From positions 24,221 through 88,220 of the forward strand of contig CAYUXI010000007.1 in the NCBI GenBank assembly GCA_964448855.1: DNA of 64,000 nt. Reading direction: 5' to 3'. Each line of letters begins with the position of its first letter. Positions within the stretch are counted from its first letter, which is position 1. Origin of the DNA: an uncultured Oscillospiraceae bacterium (GTDB lineage Bacteria > Bacillota > Clostridia > Oscillospirales > QAMX01). Positions 48,744 to 56,685 of this stretch are shown here, one piece after another. Made by a program: the position numbers and the translations under genes. The notes beneath the pieces are model-generated. The model made no database searches. It was not told the origin of the DNA and saw only the letters and a list, made by a program, of their open reading frames with translations.

Positions 48744-50024
48744 TTAGATCGGGTCTTCTTCCAGAATATCCAGCAGACGCATCATCGTCATGCGGAAGCG
48801 GGCATACCGGCCATAGCGAAGCCCCTGTTCTTCCAGATGGAGCGGAATGTCGGCCTCTGCACAGGTGGCCGCACCGCCGGTGCGCCGAATCAGGGAACGG
48901 ATTTCATCGCCGGACGGAACACGTGCCAATGCAGCACGCAGCGTCTCCCAATTGGCTTCCACAGCGCCAACCGGAATCGCATCGACCGGATTGGGTGTGT
49001 TTTCTTTGCGGCATTCCGACAGCAGCGGCCCGTAGATTTCGGAAAGGCGATCCCAGTCGATTTCGCGCCGCAGCTCGTGAACGTGATCCAGCTTCGCCAG
49101 CCGGTTGTACACATCCGCAACCAGCCCGGCGGCAATCCCGACCTTCTTGCCGTGGAAGACCTGCGGACGCCCCATCAGCGCATACTGCATTTCCCAGAAA
49201 TGCGCAATGTGGTGCTCCGCACCCGATGCCGGACGCGTGCAGCCGGAAAGCAGCATAGACAACCCGGACAGGACGAGTGCTTCCATCAGCGATGCGGCAA
49301 ACTCCGGCGAATCGGAATCCGACCGGCGCGCAAGCTCAGCTGCTTCATCCACGGCAGCGCGGGTCATGGCCGCAATCTGTGCGCAGTAATATTCACCGGT
49401 CAGACAGGCGGAAACCTCCCAGTCTGCGTGCGCGGTGTATTTGCCGAGCAGATCGCCCAGCCCGGCTGCCTTCAAAACCGCAGGGCTCTTGGCGAGGACG
49501 GCGCTGTCCGCAATGATCACCTCCGGCGCTTTGGCGGGGAAGGTTCGCTTGAAGCCGTTTTCCGTGATCGGTGCCATGACAGAGGCAAACCCGTCCATGG
49601 AGGGCGCCGTGGCATAGATGGCAAAGGGCATATCCAGCTTGGCCGCCGTGAACCGGCAAATATCGTTGAGCGAGCCGGTGCCGATGGAGAGCAGGGCTTC
49701 CGCACCGCTGCGGGCAAGCTCCTCCTGTACGCGTGCAACCGCGGTGGTATCGGCCAGCTGCAAGTCGTCAAACAGCGTCAGCGTGGTGCGGAAATCCGCC
49801 TGACGCAGAGCGTCCGTGATGCCGGCTGCTGCGGCCAGCGTATTTTTGTCGGCGACCAGATGCAGCCGACGGCCAAACCCCGAATCCTTCAGAATGCGTC
49901 CGGTATCCGGTGTGTTCTGATATCCGATTTCTAAGGAACGGATGTTGATTTCATGTTTCCTGCCACAGGGACAGTCGCGGAGAGAGTCTGTAATTTTGCG
50001 CAGATCCAGCATAACGATCATCAC
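48744..50024 (-). CDS. sn-Glycerol-1-phosphate dehydrogenase (AraM/EgsA-like, iron-containing ADH superfamily).
   Basis: GTGSLNDICRF and GAEHHIAHFWEM match the G1PDH/DHQS-like pattern. Adjacent to a HAD-IIA gene, as araL-araM are in Bacillus. Confidence 0.65.
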   Translation of the reverse strand: MMIVMLDLRKITDSLRDCPCGRKHEINIRSLEIGYQNTPDTGRILKDSGFGRRLHLVADKNTLAAAAGITDALRQADFRTTLTLFDDLQLADTTAVARVQEELARSGAEALLSIGTGSLNDICRFTAAKLDMPFAIYATAPSMDGFASVMAPITENGFKRTFPAKAPEVIIADSAVLAKSPAVLKAAGLGDLLGKYTAHADWEVSACLTGEYYCAQIAAMTRAAVDEAAELARRSDSDSPEFAASLMEALVLSGLSMLLSGCTRPASGAEHHIAHFWEMQYALMGRPQVFHGKKVGIAAGLVADVYNRLAKLDHVHELRREIDWDRLSEIYGPLLSECRKENTPNPVDAIPVGAVEANWETLRAALARVPSGDEIRSLIRRTGGAATCAEADIPLHLEEQGLRYGRYARFRMTMMRLLDILEEDPI

Positions 50025-50137
50025 TTTCTGTAGTTTGGTATCCGGAGATGGCTGCCGACTCAGCAGCCGGAAAAAATTCCTACCTTAATTATAAACGAAT
50101 CGACACGCCTTGTCAATGCGTCTGGGAGCCAAAACCG

Positions 50138-51958
50138 TCAGGCCGTGGTCTTCGACGAATTGTCGCTGGCCGATAGAGAAATCCGGTACAGCTCCGCATA
50201 GTGGCCGTTCTGCGCGATCAGCTCCTCGTGCGTGCCCTGCTCAATGATGACGCCGTGATCCAGCACGAAAATCTGGTCGCAGCCGGAAATGGTGGAGAGG
50301 CGGTGCGCAATCGTGATGGTGGTGTGGTTGGCCGAAACCGTCTGCATCGCCTGCGACAGCGCAGCCTCCGTCTCCGTATCGATGCTCGCAGTCGCCTCGT
50401 CCAGCACCAGAACAGAGGGCTTGACCGCGACCGCACGGGCAAACGCAATCAGCTGACGTTGCCCGGCGGAGAACTCGGAACCGCGCTCCGAAACGTGCGA
50501 CGCATATCCGTCCGGCAGACTGTTGACGAAATGCTCAGCGCTGACGGTTTGAATGGCCTGGCGAACGTCGGCATCCGAAATGGAGTCCTCGTTCAGCCGT
50601 ACGTTGTAGTTGATATCGCCGGTAAACAGGAAGACATCCTGCTGGACAACGGAGATGCAGCGGCGCAAATCCGTCAGACGGTAGTTCCGAATGTCAACGC
50701 CGTCGATCAGAATTTCACCCTGCTGAATCTCATAAAACCGCGCAAGCAGGGAAATGATGGTGGATTTCCCGGAACCGGTGGAACCGACAAACGCGGCACT
50801 CTCGCCGGGGTGAATCTCAAAGCTGACGTCCTTCAGGACATAGTTGTCCTTCGTGTAGGCAAACCAGACGTGACGGAACTCGATGTGGCCGGAGAACTCC
50901 GTCAGCGGAAGACCAGCTTCCAAATCCTCCAACGTGTCGGCTTTGTCGATGATGTCGAAAATTCGATCCGCAGAGATCAGAGACGACTGAATGGAGGTGA
51001 ACTGTTCCGCAAGATTGGCAATCGGACTGAAGAACTGCTTGATATACTGCGTAAAGGCGTAGAGTGTCCCGACGTCCAGACGGTTGCCGATGACCTGCGG
51101 CGCAAAGGCCGAAATGAAAATGGCGGTGGCCAGATTGGCCAGAGCAGACATCAGCGGGTTGGATAGACAGTTCAGAAGCACCTCGACCATGCCGAGCCGA
51201 TAATATTCGCGACCCAGCTGGTAGAATTCCTCGTTTTTCTGGGGCTCGCGGCAGTAGATCTGTACCATTTTCATCCCGGTGATGTTTTCAGCCAGAAAAC
51301 CGTTCAAACGCGACAGCTGAGCCTTCAGCTTGATGAAGTTGCGGCGCGACAGATTGCGATACACAAAGGTGATCACCGCGATCAGCGGAATGCAGACAAA
51401 GCACCAGAGCGCCAGCTGAACGTCCAGCAGCAGCATGGCACCGCAGATGTTGAAAATGATCAGAATGTCCTTGACAAACTGAATGATGATGCTCGAAAAC
51501 AGATCCGAAAGGGACTCCACGTCACTGTTGACACGCGTCAGCAGACTGCCCGAAGAGTTCGCGTCGAAAAAGGACATATTCATCCGCTGAATGTGTGCGA
51601 ACAGATTGGTGCGCATCCGGTGCATAATCCGCTGCCCAAGCGATGCAAGCGTCACGGATTGCGCATAGTCGCAGACGGAGCCGAGCAGCACCACGGCGAA
51701 ATAGAGCAGCGCCAGACGCCCGATGGCACCAATGTCGTTGACGCCGATTTCCAGGTTCTGGTCAATGACCAGCTTCAGAATATAGGGCTTGACAACCTGC
51801 ACCAGACTGGAACCGACAGCCAGACAAAGCGTCAGGAACGTGAGCCATTTGTGATAGAAGAAGTATTTGAGCAGCCGAATCAGCGTGTGCCGCTTTTTGC
51901 GCTGCGTGTATTCTGCCATGCGTCCATCCGGAACGGATGGCGACGATGCCTGTTTCAT
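50138..51958 (-). CDS. ABC transporter ATP-binding/permease protein, a type I exporter half-transporter.
   Basis: Six-TM domain plus NBD (GSTGSGKST, LSGGQRQ, LVLDEATASID). Start chosen at MKQASS after a GGAGAAAAGAGG RBS. Confidence 0.8.
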   Translation of the reverse strand: MKQASSPSVPDGRMAEYTQRKKRHTLIRLLKYFFYHKWLTFLTLCLAVGSSLVQVVKPYILKLVIDQNLEIGVNDIGAIGRLALLYFAVVLLGSVCDYAQSVTLASLGQRIMHRMRTNLFAHIQRMNMSFFDANSSGSLLTRVNSDVESLSDLFSSIIIQFVKDILIIFNICGAMLLLDVQLALWCFVCIPLIAVITFVYRNLSRRNFIKLKAQLSRLNGFLAENITGMKMVQIYCREPQKNEEFYQLGREYYRLGMVEVLLNCLSNPLMSALANLATAIFISAFAPQVIGNRLDVGTLYAFTQYIKQFFSPIANLAEQFTSIQSSLISADRIFDIIDKADTLEDLEAGLPLTEFSGHIEFRHVWFAYTKDNYVLKDVSFEIHPGESAAFVGSTGSGKSTIISLLARFYEIQQGEILIDGVDIRNYRLTDLRRCISVVQQDVFLFTGDINYNVRLNEDSISDADVRQAIQTVSAEHFVNSLPDGYASHVSERGSEFSAGQRQLIAFARAVAVKPSVLVLDEATASIDTETEAALSQAMQTVSANHTTITIAHRLSTISGCDQIFVLDHGVIIEQGTHEELIAQNGHYAELYRISLSASDNSSKTTA

Positions 51959-52039
51959 AAAGCCTCTTTTCTCCGCCGCATCCGAAAGAACCTGTACAGA
52001 CAGACGGATGTGCGGCGGGTTGCACGTCTGTCCGGTCAC

Positions 52040-53806
52040 TCAGACCGTCTGTTCTTTGGAGGATTCGAGAATCGCCAGAAGATGCTGATAAGCCGGGCAG
52101 GACGCCAGCAGCTCGTCGTGCGTGCCGATGGCTGCCATGCTGCCGTCCTCGTTCAAAAGCAGAACACGATCGGCAATGCCGGCGACGGCAATTCGGTGCG
52201 TGACGATGATGGTGGTGCAGTTCCGCAGATAGCTGCGGAGATTGTCGAGAATGGTGCGCTCTGTCTCCGCGTCAACGGCCGACAGACAGTCATCCAGCAG
52301 CAAAAGCTCCGGCTTCCGAGCCAGTGCCCGTGCGATGGAAATCCGCTGCTTCTGACCACCGGACAGCGTCATGCCGCGCTCTCCGACCGTCGTTTCATAC
52401 TGATTCGGGAATTCCGAAATGTTGTCGTGAATCGCCGCAGCCTTGGCAGCTTGAATGGCATCTTCTTCCGAAATCCGCTCGTCATAAAACTGAATGTTCC
52501 GCATGATGGAATCGGAAAAGAGGAAGCTTTCCTGCGGCACATAGGCAATCGAGCCGCGCAGAACGTGAAGCGGAATCGAATGGATGGGATGATTGGAAAC
52601 CCGAATGGAATCGTCCGGCGGGTTCCACATCCGCATCAAAAGCCCCATCAACGTGGATTTGCCGGAGCCGGTCGCACCCATGATGGCCAGCGTTCCACCG
52701 GTTTCAAGATGGAAGGAGATGTTTTTCAGGACATCCTTGTCCGTGCCGGGATAACGGTAGGTCAGATTGGAAACGTCCAGCGTCAGCGGCTTGAGCGCCT
52801 CGATCGACGTGTCCGCCTGCGCATCATCAATGGAAGGCTGCGCGGTGAAGATCGTATCCAACCGCTGCATGGAGACAATCCCGCGCTGCCAGATCTGAAT
52901 GATGCGGCTGATCCGCGAGATCGGATCCATCAACAGCGCAATGTAGGTGTTAAATGCGACGAATTCCCCAAGCGTCAACGTACCGGCAATGACCATTTTA
53001 CCGCCGAAATAGAGGAATACGGAGAAAATCAAACCGAAAACCAGCGCAGAAAGCGGATTGATGAAGGACCAGACGCGAACCATATCCATCTCGGCCTTCC
53101 ATTTTTTGCGGCTCAAGCCCTCAAACAGCTTGTTCTCGCTCTCCTCCTGTGCAAAGGCCTTGATGACGCGAATTCCGGTCAGATTCTCCTGTACCTTGGC
53201 GGCAATGTCCGAAACAGTGTGTTGCACGACGGTGAAACGCTTGCGCATGGCCGTCCGCAGCTTGACGAGTGCGAACAGGAGGAAGGGGAGCGGGATGACG
53301 GCAATCAGGGTCAGCTTCACACTGGTTGTGGAAATCATGTACCCCAAAGTGACCAGATTGACCGTCAGCACATCGACAATGCCGATCAGCCCCATGCCGA
53401 ACATATTGCGGACGGACTGCGAGTCGATGATGGCACGGGTGATGAGGTCACCGGTGTTGTTTTTGACATAAAAATCAGGGCTGAGCACCTGCAGGTGAGA
53501 AAACAGCCGGTGGCGCAGATGCAGCTCAATGGAGCGCGTGAAGCCGAAAATCAGATACCGCCAGATGTTGCGCGTGATGAACGCTGCAACCGCGCAGCCA
53601 CACATGAGTAGACAGAGATTGCGGACATCGGCCAGCGTGGCGCTTTGCAGCGGATCCTTTGCCGCTTTCAAAAGGTCAATCGCCTGACCCAGCAGCTGCG
53701 GAAGGAGGGCGTTGCAGACCGTTGCAAGCACAACGAAAATGACGCCGAACACGTATCGAACCCAGTTTTTTCGGAAATATTCCAGAATGATATCCTTACA
53801 ACGCAT
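52040..53806 (-). CDS. ABC transporter ATP-binding/permease protein, partner half-transporter (heterodimeric exporter).
   Basis: TMD plus NBD ([36 protein letters not shown]). Its stop abuts the start of the downstream half-transporter. Confidence 0.8.
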   Translation of the reverse strand: MRCKDIILEYFRKNWVRYVFGVIFVVLATVCNALLPQLLGQAIDLLKAAKDPLQSATLADVRNLCLLMCGCAVAAFITRNIWRYLIFGFTRSIELHLRHRLFSHLQVLSPDFYVKNNTGDLITRAIIDSQSVRNMFGMGLIGIVDVLTVNLVTLGYMISTTSVKLTLIAVIPLPFLLFALVKLRTAMRKRFTVVQHTVSDIAAKVQENLTGIRVIKAFAQEESENKLFEGLSRKKWKAEMDMVRVWSFINPLSALVFGLIFSVFLYFGGKMVIAGTLTLGEFVAFNTYIALLMDPISRISRIIQIWQRGIVSMQRLDTIFTAQPSIDDAQADTSIEALKPLTLDVSNLTYRYPGTDKDVLKNISFHLETGGTLAIMGATGSGKSTLMGLLMRMWNPPDDSIRVSNHPIHSIPLHVLRGSIAYVPQESFLFSDSIMRNIQFYDERISEEDAIQAAKAAAIHDNISEFPNQYETTVGERGMTLSGGQKQRISIARALARKPELLLLDDCLSAVDAETERTILDNLRSYLRNCTTIIVTHRIAVAGIADRVLLLNEDGSMAAIGTHDELLASCPAYQHLLAILESSKEQTV

Positions 53807-54473
53807 GGACGCTTGCAACCCCCTCTGTGATATTTGCCCGATAGAGATGAGACAGGTCATTCAGAAATCCGAGAACCGTGCGCGGCCGATTGTCTTCAAC
53901 CAGATAACGGACAAGAGAAAGACCGGTGTTGTCGTGTGAAAAATGGGCGAGCCCCGGCGAGGCAGTGGGCAGTGCCGCATTCATCAGATGCGTCAGGAAA
54001 GAGCCGTGCGTCACCACCAGAACGTTTTCATCGCCGGTGAATCGCCGACGCAGATAGCCCATAATCCGATAGGCGCGAGCCAGATAATTGATCGGATCGC
54101 GAAACTCCTCCGGGAGGCTTGCACCGCCGCCGGCCGGGGTCGGAACGGAGAACGGCAAAGCGGTCGGACAGAACTGACGCGCTTCTTCAATGGGGAGCGG
54201 GATGAAATCAGACGGCGTCCCGCATTCCATCAAATCCGGCAGCAGCTCGACCGGTGCAGGGCCGTTTGGCTGGCGCGAAGCCACGGCATTCGCGGTTTCC
54301 AGCGTCCGAATCAACGGACTGGCAATGATGCAGTCAAAGGGAAAGGTCGCAAGCCGTTCGCCGAGAGCCTGTGCCTGTCGGCGGCCAAGCTCCGTCAGCT
54401 TCGGATCCAGACCGCCGGTTTTGGGAACAACATTCCCGGTCGATTGCGCATGACGGGTAAAATACAGATTCAT
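53796..54473 (-). CDS. Histidine phosphatase family protein (phosphoglycerate-mutase-like).
   Basis: RHAQS catalytic motif near the N-terminus (start MNLYFTRHAQSTGN after an AAGGAG RBS). Confidence 0.65.
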   Translation of the reverse strand: MNLYFTRHAQSTGNVVPKTGGLDPKLTELGRRQAQALGERLATFPFDCIIASPLIRTLETANAVASRQPNGPAPVELLPDLMECGTPSDFIPLPIEEARQFCPTALPFSVPTPAGGGASLPEEFRDPINYLARAYRIMGYLRRRFTGDENVLVVTHGSFLTHLMNAALPTASPGLAHFSHDNTGLSLVRYLVEDNRPRTVLGFLNDLSHLYRANITEGVASVHAL

Positions 54474-54862
54474 TTGAAGTACGCTCCTTGGTGAAAGGTC
54501 AGTTTTTGGGGCATCAACAGAAAGTGTAGTATGATCAAATGAGAACCAATGCACTCAGTATACACCTGTTTTTGGCAAAAATCAAGCAGATTCGACATGA
54601 AACACCGGGAAGCATTGGACAATGCTCCAAAAACATATTGAATCTAATTTTCCGCAAGAATAAACCACTTGCTTTGATTTTGCAATGAACGGCAGAAAAA
54701 CAAATTCCGGAAACAGACTGTCATACAGAAAACGGGGAAATTGGCGCGAACATTTTTGGCAAAATTGACAAAGAAAAAGCGTTGCATACCCAACCAAAAT
54801 CCGGTGATACTAAGCTGTGTGCAAATCAGTCGGTTTGCAAAACGGAAGGGGAGACGAATGAA

Positions 54863-55192
54863 ATGACCAACCTTGAGTGCGCAGTGACAACCTGCGCCTA
54901 TCACAGCGGAAATCGATGCCGAAAAAATGCGGTTTGTGTCAACGGACACCACGCATCGACAAAAGATCAAACCTGCTGCGAGTCCTTTGAACAGCGGACT
55001 GCGGCCGAAACGGGTCACACACAGGCGACTCAGCCGCTGACCGCAACGGAAATCCGGTGCGGTGCCGATCAATGCGCGTTTTATACGGGCGGATCGTGTA
55101 CGGCGCAACACATTTCGGTCTGCTCCTGCGGCTGTAAAAATCCTTGCAGCTGCCAGGAAACCGAATGCGCGAGCTTCCGGCAAAAAGGCTGA
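54863..55192 (+). CDS. DUF1540-family Cys-rich small protein with two repeats.
   Basis: Two copies of a C-x3-C-x-YH-x4-C ... pattern (ECAVTTCAYHSGNRC... and RCGADQCAFYTGGSC...). GGGGAG RBS. Confidence 0.55.
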   Translation: MTNLECAVTTCAYHSGNRCRKNAVCVNGHHASTKDQTCCESFEQRTAAETGHTQATQPLTATEIRCGADQCAFYTGGSCTAQHISVCSCGCKNPCSCQETECASFRQKG

Positions 55193-55250
55193 AGCCGTTA
55201 GCACCTGAAAGTATCCATCAAAGCAGAAATCAACGTTTCTGAGCCGAAAA

Positions 55251-55287
55251 ATCTCCGGATGGCTGCGACCATGCGGAGATTTTTTTC
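55251..55287 (+). terminator. Rho-independent terminator after the DUF1540 gene.
   Basis: ATCTCCG ... CGGAGAT stem followed by TTTTTTT. Confidence 0.6.
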
Positions 55288-55393
55288 GCCCAATTGGAAC
55301 CAAACAGGGGAATGATCTGCATAAAATCCAAACGGAATCACAGCGGCTCTCCAAAATTTTTTTACAAACCCCGTGCATTTGGCAAATTGCCAC

Positions 55394-55422
55394 TTGACAA
55401 ACGTTGAGTGAATTTGTATAAT
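55394..55422 (+). promoter_or_regulatory. Consensus sigma-A promoter (-35 TTGACA, 17 bp spacer, -10 TATAAT) for the MFP-FtsX-ABC operon. The palindrome TGGCAAATTGCCA abuts the -35.
   Basis: Motifs read in the sequence; the leader to the MFP start is about 165 nt. Confidence 0.55.
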
Positions 55423-55592
55423 ATATCCAAAGTCAGGTACCACAAGGCGAAAAACATCCCTGTTTGCTCGGTCAAAACACCCGGTTGAAATGTAAAAAGA
55501 TGCTTTGCGGCGCATGAATATAACCTCAGTTCCCTATACGAACCCTGATTGCACAGACAATTTGATTTCCAGAGAAAAAAGGAGGAATTCAT

Positions 55593-56648
55593 ATGAAAAA
55601 CCATATGAAACATTCAATTCTCAAAAAAGCTGGCATTTGCAGCCTTCTGGTGTTGTGCGCGATGGCACAGGTTCTCCTGCTCAGCGGATGTGCATTGTTT
55701 CCGGAAGAAGAGGAACCGATTTCTGTGCCGCTGCTTGAGGTCAAACCGGTGGAGTATCTGACACGCACCCCGGAACGCATGACGATCGAGAACCGCGTCG
55801 AAGGCCGTGCGGAGATTGTTCCGATGCACAGCAAGCAGGTTTCGTTTGAAAACAGCTCCGGCGCCATTGCCAAGCTGTATGCGAACTATGGGGACTATGT
55901 CGAGGAGGGTGACCTGCTCTGCGCACTCGAATCGCCCGATATCGGCGAGAAGCTGACCGAAGCGGAAATGCGGGCGGAAATTTCGGAAATGGAATATGCT
56001 CAGTCCGCAAAACGCTACAAAAACGGCGAAATCAGCGAAATTGAATGGAAACGCGCAGAACTCTCCATTTATATCGTCCGCCGCGACCTCGCAAAGCTCC
56101 GGGAGCAATATGAAAATACACAGCTGTATGCGCCGATGTCCGGCCAGATTACATACCGAGCAAACGTCGCAGAGGGCGAAAAGATACAGGCCAAGGATAC
56201 CCTGTTTACCATTTCTTCTCTCGATCAGCTCTGCGTCCGCTACTCCGGCATCGACTATGCCAAGCTGCCGCTGTATGCCGAATGCGAAATCACCCTGACG
56301 CGTGGCAGCGATTCCGAGACATATCAGGGCACCGTGATTCAAACGCCGGATAATCTGCCGGAAACCGCATTGAGCACCGACCGTTATTCGGTTCTGCTGG
56401 AGCTGGATGGCAGCCTGCCGGAGGGGACGGAAATCGGCACACAGGTGACGCTTTCGTACCTGATCGAACGCAGCGAGAATGCGCTGGTCATCGCCAAGAG
56501 CGCCCTGAAAACCTCCGGAACGCGCACCTATGTCTACGTGCTGGAGGACGGATATCGCCGGGAGCGCGACGTGCAGACCGGGATTTCCAGTGCCTACAAC
56601 ATCGAAATTATTTCAGGCCTGAAAGATGATGATCAGATCATTTACTGA
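55593..56648 (+). CDS. Efflux transporter periplasmic adaptor (membrane fusion protein, HlyD family) lipoprotein.
   Basis: Lipobox LLSGC, coiled-coil hairpin region, C-terminal beta-barrel segment; AAGGAGGAA RBS. Confidence 0.75.
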   Translation: MKNHMKHSILKKAGICSLLVLCAMAQVLLLSGCALFPEEEEPISVPLLEVKPVEYLTRTPERMTIENRVEGRAEIVPMHSKQVSFENSSGAIAKLYANYGDYVEEGDLLCALESPDIGEKLTEAEMRAEISEMEYAQSAKRYKNGEISEIEWKRAELSIYIVRRDLAKLREQYENTQLYAPMSGQITYRANVAEGEKIQAKDTLFTISSLDQLCVRYSGIDYAKLPLYAECEITLTRGSDSETYQGTVIQTPDNLPETALSTDRYSVLLELDGSLPEGTEIGTQVTLSYLIERSENALVIAKSALKTSGTRTYVYVLEDGYRRERDVQTGISSAYNIEIISGLKDDDQIIY

Positions 56649-56685
56649 AACCGATGAATCTTAAAAGAAACGGTTGGTTGATACT

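Noticed and set aside
54559-54588. Possible forespore sigma-F/G-type promoter (GTATA ... GGCAAAAAT) upstream of the DUF1540 gene.
   Set aside because: The spacer is only about 11-12 nt versus the 14-15 expected, and it lies about 300 bp from the gene start. A sigma-A-like TTGCAT-17-GATACT sits much closer to the gene.
54755-54770. Possible sigma-54 promoter TGGCAAAATTGACA.
   Set aside because: The GG and GC elements are spaced one base too short, and the -12 region reads TTGA rather than TTGC. No EBP/NtrC-type activator gene is nearby.
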